IMG/VR virus record: IMGVR_UViG_3300025141_000021
Source of the DNA: a virus
Direction: 5' to 3' (one strand)
DNA: 64,000 nucleotides
Shown here piece by piece: positions 46,492-56,252 of this stretch. The notes under the pieces were generated by a model. That model made no database searches. It saw only the letters and a list, made by a program, of their open reading frames with translations, and was not told the DNA's origin. The translations under genes and the position numbers were made by a program. How positions within the stretch are numbered: the first letter of the stretch is position 1; every line of letters begins with the position of its first letter.

Positions 46492-47669
46492 TTTAGTTCC
46501 CTCATCTCGCCAAAGTTTTTTCCAACTTTTATGTTAACTCGAAAATCTCCAAAATTTGTCCGAGAAAAAATTTTGACAAATTCCGATATTGAAAGTGAAT
46601 CTGTTTTTGAGAAGTCAATTACAAGACTATCATGAATCAAAAAAGATATAAAGCTATTTTTTCCGTCTAACAGATCATGTATCTTGATTGCCTGTCTTAA
46701 GAAAATATCTGACGCCGTTGACTGCACCAAATAGTTAACCGCATGAAATTCATCCGATTCAATCAGTCTTCCATATGGATTAATAACGTGTGATCCGTTC
46801 CAATATTTATCTTTAATATATCCTCGATCATATGTTCTGTTTGCTAGGTGATCTTGAGATTCTGAATTATAAAGCCAAGCAAATATTCTTTTCTTTGCTT
46901 CTTCTCTAGAGCCAATACCTCGATAAACATTCTTTAAATTCCACTCATGTATATCTTCTAGTGGCTGTTGTTTATCAGAAAGAGCCAACAACGTCCGAAG
47001 CTCTGCAGCATTAAAATCTAGCTCAATAAAACAGTCATTAGTCGGCTTAAGTACTTTTCTATGTTCTTTGTTCATTGTCAATATTGGAAAGCTGCTTTTT
47101 TGAGTTGTAAGTCGGCCAGTCTTGGTGCCAAACGTCTTGTATATACAATTTGGTGAAATTCTATTTAGCTTCTGTACGAATTTTCGTGTGCTTAATTCCG
47201 GCATGCTATTGCGAAGCACAGAGGTATCAATGTTTAGCTTTTTAGTTTTAACCTCTTCTAAAACTTTTGTGAGAGAAACGAGAAACTCGTAGTTCTCTGG
47301 TTTATTGTAAGTTTCAAGCACGTGCTTTGTAATCTGATTTTTTATGTCACAAAATTCTAGCAAGAACTGTTCAGGCACTAAATCGAAAAAGCAGTTGTCA
47401 TCTAAAGATATTTTTGCTTCTCTAAAAGAGGTAAAAAATGCTTTTAGCTTTTGACTGATCGTCGTCCACCTTTCTTTGAGGTGTTCTGGACACACTTCTT
47501 CCAAAGACTTCCCTCCACAATATAAAAAGGCATAGTTTACATCTAAATTTTTAAGGAAGGGTGCGTATTTCCAAGTTGCTGTTAGATCGGTTGATAACGC
47601 TTCTGTTATTTTACCATCGACATAATATTTTGCGCACTCGTTTTTATCGTCGAGCATTTGAAATAACAT
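46470..47669 (-). CDS. polA: Compact family A DNA polymerase domain
   Basis: TKTGRL, LDFNAAELR (motif A), R.EAKKRIF..LY (motif B), NYLVQSTAS and IHDS (motif C). Confidence 0.78.
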   Translation of the reverse strand: MLFQMLDDKNECAKYYVDGKITEALSTDLTATWKYAPFLKNLDVNYAFLYCGGKSLEEVCPEHLKERWTTISQKLKAFFTSFREAKISLDDNCFFDLVPEQFLLEFCDIKNQITKHVLETYNKPENYEFLVSLTKVLEEVKTKKLNIDTSVLRNSMPELSTRKFVQKLNRISPNCIYKTFGTKTGRLTTQKSSFPILTMNKEHRKVLKPTNDCFIELDFNAAELRTLLALSDKQQPLEDIHEWNLKNVYRGIGSREEAKKRIFAWLYNSESQDHLANRTYDRGYIKDKYWNGSHVINPYGRLIESDEFHAVNYLVQSTASDIFLRQAIKIHDLLDGKNSFISFLIHDSLVIDFSKTDSLSISEFVKIFSRTNFGDFRVNIKVGKNFGEMRELKWNTTNL

Positions 47670-47682
47670 TGATTATCCGTTG

Positions 47683-48912
47683 TCAGTAACTAGGATTGGG
47701 CGCTGGTGCCTTGGGGATGAAAGGCTTGTCTTTTGCCGCGTCCATTTTGTTGGCAGCAACAGGTGTCTTTGTCTTGTTAGTCATATCATTAATATAACTG
47801 ATTGCTTTGCTTTTGTCAAGGTGTTTTAGTCGAGCATTTATGTGTCGTAAAAAATTTTTCTGCTGATGTGAATCTAAATTTCTTCTCGTCTCGCCAAGTC
47901 TGAGGCGCGCATAGACTTCTAATACAAACATATCTCCATATTTATTATCAAATTGGCTTGAGAGCAGTTGTGTACGATTTCCAATAAGGCTGATTGTGTG
48001 ATTTTTGTTAATTACGTAGGGCACCGCAGTGAGTGGATTGGTTGCAACAAACGCATTATAAAATTGTAGCATATAAAACTTAACGATATCAAAATCTAAT
48101 CTGTGTGCAACATAAAAATAGTTTTTGAACAAGTTCTCTTCATTAATCCCATACGCATGCATATAAAGCTGCATTTGTGGAGAGGTTATGTCAGCCACAA
48201 GGCGCCATGGCGCATTTTTATCAATTTTGAAACCAAATCCAGTGGCTGCGTCGACATAACATCGAAAGTTCGGATCGCTAATAAATTTTGCAAGCTTGTC
48301 CGGATCATCCGAATGGGAGAGGTCGGCAATTTCAATGCACAGACCACTAATCATCGGTGAACAGTACGAAGACTTAATAAATCCTGTTTTCGTAAATGGT
48401 ATTTTTCCAACAATTGAATTGGAGAAGTCCATGAAGACATCGCTAAACGTTTTAAAATTCCTAATCGATCTTTCTTTGGGAGTTACAAAATTTTGGCCAA
48501 ATCCCGCGTACATTTGCTCAACATGTTTGTGGTATAAGTTATTAACACTAACCCATCCTTTCTTTGCCTCAAACCTTTTTAAAAATCCAGAATCCGAAGC
48601 AACATTATTAAGTTTTAATTTTTGTATGTGAAGTGCCATGGCCTTGAATGCGGTGGCAACAAAGTTGATCGCTCGTGGGGAGCCTGCTGTAGAGGGTATA
48701 TTTTTGAGTATTGATTCTGAAGGATATACCGCATCTCCTCTGTGGTTTAGTCTGCCATAAAGTCTTTTATTTTTAAGCGGTATGCTTTGGTCGTACCAGA
48801 GATCGATAGGTGTCGCAAGATCTCTTGGATACACTGCTCTTTTATAATATTTTCTTTCTTCGAAAATATCTCTGGCGCCTAAGTCATTATTTCCTAGTGG
48901 TGTTCTTGGCAT
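47683..48912 (-). CDS. Hypothetical protein at the end of the baseplate operon
   Basis: 409-aa ORF coupled to upstream structural genes. Confidence 0.65.
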   Translation of the reverse strand: MPRTPLGNNDLGARDIFEERKYYKRAVYPRDLATPIDLWYDQSIPLKNKRLYGRLNHRGDAVYPSESILKNIPSTAGSPRAINFVATAFKAMALHIQKLKLNNVASDSGFLKRFEAKKGWVSVNNLYHKHVEQMYAGFGQNFVTPKERSIRNFKTFSDVFMDFSNSIVGKIPFTKTGFIKSSYCSPMISGLCIEIADLSHSDDPDKLAKFISDPNFRCYVDAATGFGFKIDKNAPWRLVADITSPQMQLYMHAYGINEENLFKNYFYVAHRLDFDIVKFYMLQFYNAFVATNPLTAVPYVINKNHTISLIGNRTQLLSSQFDNKYGDMFVLEVYARLRLGETRRNLDSHQQKNFLRHINARLKHLDKSKAISYINDMTNKTKTPVAANKMDAAKDKPFIPKAPAPNPSY

Positions 48913-48914
48913 GG

Positions 48915-51851
48915 CTACTCGTACTGCTCCCGGAAGCGCCGCGAAGTCAGCAGCTCGGCGTGGGCTGTGGGTCTGCCGCGTCGTTCGGCACGTTCGCGAC
49001 GGTTGGCCGCTCTCTGTTCAGGGGTAAATGTGTGCATGTCCCGCTCATATTCTTCCTGAGATATCTCGCCGGCTTCGAGGCGCTGATTCTGCACACGCGA
49101 ATGCGCATATGCTTCATCGGATGTTGGAACATAGCCATCAGGAATTGGCCCCTCTGGCATCTCGCCACCAGCAACCGCATCCTGCCAAGCTTTAACTGCG
49201 GCATCCCTTTCTGAGACAAACGTGCCCATCGGGGGTTCGCTGTTTGTTCTATCGCTGCGCCCCATAACCCACTTGGGGGAAGGTGCTGTCTTCTCCATGG
49301 TGGAGGGGGATTGCCATATGCCTTCCATTTCCGTTGTGTACTCTCCGCTCTCAATTGTAGAGCCAACCTTAATTATCATATAATAGCCCCCGAGGCCAAG
49401 CTGTGCCGCTAGTGAATTTGTTCCCTTGCCTAGGCCTACAATTGACGGTGTAACAAAAACTTTCTGGCCTGGTATAAAAAGTGTATTGCCCATCATTTCA
49501 ATAGTTACGTTGTACGGCTCCCTTATCGGTATGAGTGATTTTTCATCAGTCTGTTTAATAATGTTTGAGGCTCTCAAATTTGGATCATCTAGTCTTGAAA
49601 ATGACATATTCTTTACAATACCCCTATCTCTACCTATGAACAAGTGAAATATTCCTCGGCTTTTATTAAAACTTTCTATGTCGCCAGCTGTCTCTGGCCC
49701 CCATTTAATATCTTCATTCAGTGCGTAAATTAATACATAATTGTCTAGTTTGTCAGCAGTTTTATGAGCTGGAGCAAGAGCTTTGGCCAAATCTTTTGCA
49801 TCCAATTGAAATCCAGGGTTTAGTTTTTTATTTCCTTCGGCATCACGGGAAGTTGAAATGTATGCCATAGCAGGGTGTACTCTTGGGGCGACTTCCTTTC
49901 CTTTGCAGACATCTACTTCTTTATCTTCTCTCTTCTTTTCTTCTCCGCAGGAGTTTCGCAGCACATCAATAACCAGCATGTTGATTATATCCTTTAGAAA
50001 TCTATCTAGAGTATACGAAGTTTCTTTATTTTTAACGACGGCTGAAAGCCAAAAATTTGAAAATGCTTTAACCGATATCGGAATCCAGGCTAAATTTACG
50101 ATCATCGGTTCTCCACCATGTTTAATATCACGAAAAACCGCTGGACCGACTAATAAATTTGTTTTAGTTCCTCCTCTCTTTTCTGCTCTGCCATATAATA
50201 CTTCGCCAACTGCATCCAGTATGTCGCCCAAAAACGTAAACTGAATAGCTACGTCTTTCTTAGACTCCCCGGGTGTTAATCTATTATTGAGGTTCTCAAG
50301 AATATCCTCAAATTTTTTCGCACCCTTTGCGCCGTTGACGTAGTCAGTTATTTGGGAAGTTATCGCCGTGTCGTTGTCCCTCACCGTCTCGCGGCGCGTG
50401 ATTACCTGCTTCTTGCGGATGTCGGAGGCGAGGGTCGCTACGTTCTTTAGGGTAGCCAAGCCTACACCAGCTATTGTTTTGTTGGGGTCGTTTTCACTAA
50501 GTTCCGACGCGGCAATCGAAAAATTCCAAATATCAATATTTGGTTTGTTTAAGAATGTTGTTAAAACACTGTTATAACGCAGGGCATTATCTCCAAACTT
50601 TCGTTCTTTTAAAACACTTAACCTGCCATTTGCTGTCGCCTCCTCCATGCGAAGATCCTGCTGGAGTGCCCGGGCGCGACGTAGAGTCTCACGCTGTTCT
50701 TGTTCGGGTGTTTCCCATAGGGTCTCGCCGGTGGCTGGGTCGATGCGCAGGACTTCCGCATCGCCCAGTTGCGCGCCTTCGATCTCCATCTCGCCAAATT
50801 CCCGATCTGATACAGACAGTTCCACTATCTCACCGGTGTTGGGCGCCAATATTTGTCGTACCCCTGCAGGAAGAGCATCCCACCTAGCCTGTATCTGGCC
50901 TAAGAGTAATTGTGTATCGGTAATTTCCGCTAATGTATCCTCTCTTGAGGCCTCGTCGGTGCTAGTAAATTTCAATATATCTGCGTCCCTTGTACTTGTG
51001 GCCGCGGCGCCCTCTGCAATATATTCAATTGCTAGTCCGACCGTGCCGTCTTGATTGAAAGTGAACTCGTGCGCCACAAAGCCTAGATAATAGCTTTTTT
51101 GCATATTTCCTAGAGCTTCCATGAGTTCTGTGTTTCCAAAAATAGCACGTTCAGATGGAGGCACTGCATACCCAACAACCAGTCTGAGCCGGCTATAGTC
51201 GCTGCCCCATTGTACTGATGGATGCAGTTCCATTTTGCAGCCTTTCTTTTCGGCGCCGTTTTCGGGAGAAGATGCTGCTGCACTCGGCGGCCCTTCCGGC
51301 TTGGCAGCGCCCCTAGCTCTTGCATTAATTAATTCGGAAAATGCAATACCGGACTCGTTGGGATTCGTTAAATCTTCAATTGTTTGAAAGTGCAGATGTA
51401 ATTTAATTTTAAAATAGTTTCCCGTTTCTGCCGGCTGAGTTGACAAATCTTCAATCTCAAGCTTTTTTAATCCAACTGCGGATGGTCGACCATGAGTCTG
51501 TCGAGTTATACCTTCAATATCTTCCTTGCTTAATTTGGTATCAAATAAAAATTCTTTTTCACCACCCTCTATTGGTGCGCCATTCTCAAATGCGACATTA
51601 AATATACGAATTTGTGGAATAATGGCGGCTGCTTCTTGCGATGAAATCTCCATAAAGGAATCTCGTCCTGGTGTATTATTAACTAAATTCATAAAAAATG
51701 ACGGCTCACCGTTAACCAAATTTATGTGCGTAAATTTCTTACCAGCCGGCGAGCCTTTGAAGTGATAATTCGTAAGCTGCAACAGTTTGCGCCACTGTGT
51801 TAATAAAAGACACTGTTCATTATATATTTCAGAGTGTAATTCTAAAGCCAT
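48915..51851 (-). CDS. Large baseplate hub-like protein
   Basis: Position after the tube initiator and LysM-like genes; GNTLFIPGQKV...GGYYMIIKV resembles a hub C-terminal barrel. Confidence 0.55.
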   Translation of the reverse strand: MALELHSEIYNEQCLLLTQWRKLLQLTNYHFKGSPAGKKFTHINLVNGEPSFFMNLVNNTPGRDSFMEISSQEAAAIIPQIRIFNVAFENGAPIEGGEKEFLFDTKLSKEDIEGITRQTHGRPSAVGLKKLEIEDLSTQPAETGNYFKIKLHLHFQTIEDLTNPNESGIAFSELINARARGAAKPEGPPSAAASSPENGAEKKGCKMELHPSVQWGSDYSRLRLVVGYAVPPSERAIFGNTELMEALGNMQKSYYLGFVAHEFTFNQDGTVGLAIEYIAEGAAATSTRDADILKFTSTDEASREDTLAEITDTQLLLGQIQARWDALPAGVRQILAPNTGEIVELSVSDREFGEMEIEGAQLGDAEVLRIDPATGETLWETPEQEQRETLRRARALQQDLRMEEATANGRLSVLKERKFGDNALRYNSVLTTFLNKPNIDIWNFSIAASELSENDPNKTIAGVGLATLKNVATLASDIRKKQVITRRETVRDNDTAITSQITDYVNGAKGAKKFEDILENLNNRLTPGESKKDVAIQFTFLGDILDAVGEVLYGRAEKRGGTKTNLLVGPAVFRDIKHGGEPMIVNLAWIPISVKAFSNFWLSAVVKNKETSYTLDRFLKDIINMLVIDVLRNSCGEEKKREDKEVDVCKGKEVAPRVHPAMAYISTSRDAEGNKKLNPGFQLDAKDLAKALAPAHKTADKLDNYVLIYALNEDIKWGPETAGDIESFNKSRGIFHLFIGRDRGIVKNMSFSRLDDPNLRASNIIKQTDEKSLIPIREPYNVTIEMMGNTLFIPGQKVFVTPSIVGLGKGTNSLAAQLGLGGYYMIIKVGSTIESGEYTTEMEGIWQSPSTMEKTAPSPKWVMGRSDRTNSEPPMGTFVSERDAAVKAWQDAVAGGEMPEGPIPDGYVPTSDEAYAHSRVQNQRLEAGEISQEEYERDMHTFTPEQRAANRRERAERRGRPTAHAELLTSRRFREQYE

Positions 51852-51857
51852 AATATT

Positions 51858-52196
51858 TTAAACATCAAGATAGTTTAATATCTTATCTATTGGAAGTGGA
51901 ATAAATATAATATCGCCAACTTTTACATGAGATTCTGTCGGTTTTTGATTATACCATGCAATAACCCACCAAAGCTTAGAGTCTCCATAATATCTATGCG
52001 CCAATTTAAAGTATCGGTCACCGATGGCCCACATATGCCCAACGGTTCTAAGTTTGCCTATTTGCGCAGCTGTAGGGTGTTTAAGTTTTGCCGTATTGTA
52101 GTGGCGAATATATTTTAGGCCGCGGTCTTCAAAATATTTTTCATATATTTCTTCAATATTTCGAAAAATTGTTCTATCGTCGTATCTACTAACCAT
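51858..52196 (-). CDS. LysM/tail X-like baseplate protein
   Basis: GDRYFKLAHRYYGDSKLWWVIAWYN...GDIIFIP. Confidence 0.8.
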   Translation of the reverse strand: MVSRYDDRTIFRNIEEIYEKYFEDRGLKYIRHYNTAKLKHPTAAQIGKLRTVGHMWAIGDRYFKLAHRYYGDSKLWWVIAWYNQKPTESHVKVGDIIFIPLPIDKILNYLDV

Positions 52197-52199
52197 AAT

Positions 52200-53264
52200 T
52201 TACTCCTCCGAAAAGAGATCCTCGGAGTCGGTGAGGAGCCCCGCATCCCCAGCCCAGTCGGCATCAGCGCGCTGGCGCGGCCTTGGCAGACGAGGGGGGC
52301 GAGGAGGTGGCGGCGGTGCTCGATGTCGTTGCCGAGCAACGATAGGGGGCCCCATGGGTAGGTCACCCATGTTTGTAGGCGTCGGATTATCGCCCTCTGC
52401 CGTTGTTTGTCTGCCCGCGGCTGACCTTTGTCCTGCATTCTCAGATAATTCTGCAGCTGCAGCTTCTTGTTGATTATCTACACCAGAGCCAGCGGTGTCG
52501 CCGGCACCCTTTGTATCTTTGCCCGAAAGCTTAACTCCGATTTGGTCCGCAAATTTGGCCGACTTGCTCTTCATAGTCGAACTTTGACCATAAAAACCAT
52601 GGCCAAGACTTCGGGCGCTGCTCCAATGATTGTTTTCTCCATTCCACCCCAAAGTATCAGTATGAAGTATCGTCATGGTGCAGGTGATGCCAATTTTTTT
52701 AGGATATATACTACTGCCTTCGCTTCCAAAAAACCCGCCCTCAATATCTGGACTAACATTGAAGCCACCAATTGCAGCAACAAGGCCACCTGTATCAACA
52801 GAGCCATCGCCAGAGGCGATCAAGTTCATAAACTTTACTTTAAACAAAGGTGGAGAATTAATTGATGTTGCACTTTCAACCTTTTTATATGAGGGATACA
52901 ACATTGACATTAACAATTCAACTTTTGCCAAATTTTCTATAGCCTCGTCCTCAGATGTAGCAAGAGTATCAAAGCCTAATGATATAGTTCTTTTTGTACC
53001 CTGAAAAGTCATTATTGGATCCATTCGGCCATAAACACTTTCAGGGTTCCATTCAGATTCAAAGTTATCTTCTAGTCCTGTTAGCCAAGATTTAAAGCCC
53101 ACCGCTCGTCCAGTTGGCACATGATAAAATTCAATTCGATATCCTCGATTAAAAAATCCTTCTATGGCGCTCTCGGCGCGGGGTCCAAATAGTGCTTCTT
53201 TAATATCTCCAGCAATTTGTCCTCCCAACCGAGCGGCTCCCGGGGGAACATCAAAAAATGCCAT
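52200..53264 (-). CDS. Tail tube initiator/baseplate protein with low-complexity C-terminus
   Basis: EWNPESVYGRMDPIMTFQGTKRTISLGF; follows the tape measure gene. Confidence 0.65.
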   Translation of the reverse strand: MAFFDVPPGAARLGGQIAGDIKEALFGPRAESAIEGFFNRGYRIEFYHVPTGRAVGFKSWLTGLEDNFESEWNPESVYGRMDPIMTFQGTKRTISLGFDTLATSEDEAIENLAKVELLMSMLYPSYKKVESATSINSPPLFKVKFMNLIASGDGSVDTGGLVAAIGGFNVSPDIEGGFFGSEGSSIYPKKIGITCTMTILHTDTLGWNGENNHWSSARSLGHGFYGQSSTMKSKSAKFADQIGVKLSGKDTKGAGDTAGSGVDNQQEAAAAELSENAGQRSAAGRQTTAEGDNPTPTNMGDLPMGPPIVARQRHRAPPPPPRPPRLPRPRQRADADWAGDAGLLTDSEDLFSEE

Positions 53265-53276
53265 GTTTTTTTCCTC

Positions 53277-55577
53277 CTATCTGTGATATCGTCCTGGCAG
53301 CATACGCGCTTGACTATCTTTAATAGACTTCGCAATTGCTTTACCAAGTGCCGATGTATCTTTAACTACTATCTCAACAGAAATATTACCTCCGGGGGCC
53401 GCAGCTGCTGCAGCTACACCACCAATTCCTGCTGTTCGGCGGGCTGCTGCCGCCCCGCCGGCTGCACGTGCTGAGTGAGATGCTGCTGTTTGAATTAGTT
53501 GCTTAATCTTAACGACCTTTTCTATATTAAGATCGTCAACACTGTTAATCATTTCTTTAACCGATTTGGTGAAAGCTGTTGTATCAACCGCTGCCGTAAG
53601 TTTAATCGCATTAAATGTGTCTGCTAGTGACTTAATCTTTTCCAAATCTACTTTAGACAAAGCATATGCTATACTAAGAATGCCAAGTGCCATGGCTGCA
53701 AATCCGGTAACCGCTGCAAGGCCAGCATGCGATAATATCCAACTAGCTGCAGCTAGGGCTAGCAAGCCGAGAGCAAACTCCAGCATTACACCAGCCTTGG
53801 CAACCTCAAAAAGAACATTGAAAAAGGGCAATAACGCTTCCATAGCCATTTTGAATGCAAATGCCATGCCCAGCGCCGCCAATGTTACTACGATTGCGCC
53901 AATTATAACTTTGGGGTGAGACAGGGATCGAAGACCCCCAGCTATTATCGTCATTGCTCTAGCAATTCGCGGGGCTCCTTCCTCGGCAGCTTCGGGAGCA
54001 TCCCCAAATATTTTTTCTATAAGTATGTCGGCCAATTTTGGCAATAAAACGGCCTTAAGAAGAAAAGCTCCCATGGCACCAGTAAGGGCAATAAACCCGA
54101 CTGTAATTAGCTTAAAACCAGATGGAAGTTTATTAATCATATCTAGCATGCTGCCCAAGCCCTCCATCATAGGAAGTATCATGCCTGTAACTATTGGTTC
54201 AACTGCCCCTTTCCAAACGGCTGACCACTTTTCGCCCAATGATGTACTAGTTTCAAGCATTTTGTTCCACTGTTTAGTAGAGGTTGCACCTCCACCCATT
54301 TGTTGCTGTAGTTCTTCACTTGTTTTGCCGAAGAATTTTGCAGCATCATTAACGTTTTGAAATCCTGCTGCCTCTGCAATTAGTTTCTTTTCAAATCGGT
54401 CCATCGTAGCAAAGCTCTTACCAGACATTTCCATCATTTTGCTAACCTGGATGATCCGTTCGTCATCTTCCATTCTAAGCAAGCTTATTGCGTCGACTTG
54501 ATGGCCAAGGACCATTGATAGTCGTCCAACAGATGTTGCAGCTTGTTCATATGTATCGTATTGAGCCGCTACGCCTAGTAATGAATTAACTTCGATGCCG
54601 GCGGTCTTTGCTGCTGCAGCAACATTTGCAAAAATCCTTGGGGCGTTCTTTCCAAACATTGCTAATCTTGGCATTGCTGCATTAAAGCCTTGAAGCATTG
54701 CCGAAAATGGCATGTCAATGGCATCAGCAGTGCCGGATAATTCCATTGCAATACCCCTGAGTTCACCTTGGCTATAGCCTAAAGCGTTTGTCATTGAATT
54801 AATAAATTCTGCAGATTCGCCAGCGCCGATGCCAAGTTTGCCCATTTCGGCAGAAAGAGCTATCATTTCAAGCCTAGCACCATCTGTTACATTTGCAAAA
54901 TTACCAACTTGCATTGCTAGCGCCTGGGTAACGCCGCCAATATCTTCGAAGCTTAGGCCTAAATGGCGAGCGTCTGCTGTTGCTTGAGTTAGAACATCAT
55001 CCATTTCACCAGCAAAGCCAGTGGCGGCATTAAATGCTGGATATGCGTTGTGAACTTCCATCGTAACTGCAGCAAATGTTTCCTGCAACTTCATGGCTGT
55101 TGAGCCGAGAATGTTCATCGGCGTTACTGTTTCGGCTATGGCCTCTTGTACTTTTTCAAAGCCACCTTCGGTGTCAAAGAGCCCACCAATAAAAGTGTTT
55201 TTCCAGGAATCACTTACGCCAGTGAAGGCCTTAATGGTCTCCTTTGTGTTCTCACGAATTTGTTTTAATTTATCGAGAGCCTCGCGCATGAGCGCAAGAC
55301 GAACTTTTTGAGCAGCCTCTGATTCAATATCAAGGCCAAGTATTTCTTCTTTTACGCGCTGTTCAGTTGTGAGAGAATCTGCATATGCAAGTTGAGTTTC
55401 TTTAAGTCTCTCGCGAGCGTCGTTAATTGCGCCCTGTGCGGCGCCGGCATCTTGTAAAGCTTTAACAAATTCTCTTTGTTTAGTTACCGCTACTTCAAGT
55501 TGCTCAACAGTTTTGTCAGCGTGAACAGCTTTCAGCAATTCTTCAAGTTGTTTTTTAGGGTCTTTTTCTTCAGCCAT
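53277..55577 (-). CDS. Tape measure protein
   Basis: 766 aa, Ala-rich helical with hydrophobic segments; canonical position. Confidence 0.8.
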   Translation of the reverse strand: MAEEKDPKKQLEELLKAVHADKTVEQLEVAVTKQREFVKALQDAGAAQGAINDARERLKETQLAYADSLTTEQRVKEEILGLDIESEAAQKVRLALMREALDKLKQIRENTKETIKAFTGVSDSWKNTFIGGLFDTEGGFEKVQEAIAETVTPMNILGSTAMKLQETFAAVTMEVHNAYPAFNAATGFAGEMDDVLTQATADARHLGLSFEDIGGVTQALAMQVGNFANVTDGARLEMIALSAEMGKLGIGAGESAEFINSMTNALGYSQGELRGIAMELSGTADAIDMPFSAMLQGFNAAMPRLAMFGKNAPRIFANVAAAAKTAGIEVNSLLGVAAQYDTYEQAATSVGRLSMVLGHQVDAISLLRMEDDERIIQVSKMMEMSGKSFATMDRFEKKLIAEAAGFQNVNDAAKFFGKTSEELQQQMGGGATSTKQWNKMLETSTSLGEKWSAVWKGAVEPIVTGMILPMMEGLGSMLDMINKLPSGFKLITVGFIALTGAMGAFLLKAVLLPKLADILIEKIFGDAPEAAEEGAPRIARAMTIIAGGLRSLSHPKVIIGAIVVTLAALGMAFAFKMAMEALLPFFNVLFEVAKAGVMLEFALGLLALAAASWILSHAGLAAVTGFAAMALGILSIAYALSKVDLEKIKSLADTFNAIKLTAAVDTTAFTKSVKEMINSVDDLNIEKVVKIKQLIQTAASHSARAAGGAAAARRTAGIGGVAAAAAAPGGNISVEIVVKDTSALGKAIAKSIKDSQARMLPGRYHR

Positions 55578-55593
55578 CTATAGTGGTTCCTTA

Positions 55594-55983
55594 TTATTTA
55601 AGCGGCCACTTTAGACCTGTCTTTTTTTCAAATCGATGAACTGCTCGATCAAGTTTATATTTGCTATCGTATGTCTTTGGGTCCATTAGGCCATATTCTT
55701 TAAAGGCGCTCATATAATCTTTTTCGCCACTCAAGACATTTGCAAATGAATTAATTTCTGATTTGGTTCCTCGGATTTTAATTGGAGACTGGTACGAGCC
55801 ACCGAAGCTTGGATCGACATATTGCATGAAGCCTTTCTTCTCTGAGCCAAACATTCTTTTCATGATCATTTTGATCATCGATCCAAACTGCACAAGAAAA
55901 CTTTCATCAATTTCTCCGCGACGGGCGGTGCCTAAATCGATAACTGTATCTGTTAATACTTCTTCTTGTATTTCTTGTTTCAT
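55594..55983 (-). CDS. Hypothetical protein in the tail operon
   Basis: 129 aa; late motif at 56017-56024. Confidence 0.65.
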   Translation of the reverse strand: MKQEIQEEVLTDTVIDLGTARRGEIDESFLVQFGSMIKMIMKRMFGSEKKGFMQYVDPSFGGSYQSPIKIRGTKSEINSFANVLSGEKDYMSAFKEYGLMDPKTYDSKYKLDRAVHRFEKKTGLKWPLK

Positions 55984-56033
55984 ACGTAGATGTCCCTTGA
56001 TATAATTAGCTATTAATAAATAGTTATCATATC

Positions 56034-56060
56034 AAATAAAAAGCCAGGAGAACCCTGGCT
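56034..56060 (-). terminator. Intrinsic terminator
   Basis: agccagg/cctggct stem followed by TTTTATTT on the minus strand. Confidence 0.75.
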
Positions 56061-56062
56061 AT

Positions 56063-56252
56063 TTACTTCTTTTGATGTTTTTTAATTTCGTCTGCCTCTT
56101 TTTGCATCTGATCGGTCAAACGCCTTAAGAACCAAGTCCTTATTTTAACTGGTAAATTATAGGCTTCTATAAAGCTCCAACTTCCATAATACTTTAGCAG
56201 AAAAAATTGTTCGTATACACTAGCAATGTATCTATCGCCTAGGCCAAAAAAA
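56063..56252 (-). CDS. gp51-like/T-like extension, probably reached by frameshift from 56232..57089
   Basis: FFGLGDRY...FFLLKYYGSWSFIEAYNLPVKIR; no good independent start; T7 run at 56246-56252. Confidence 0.55.
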
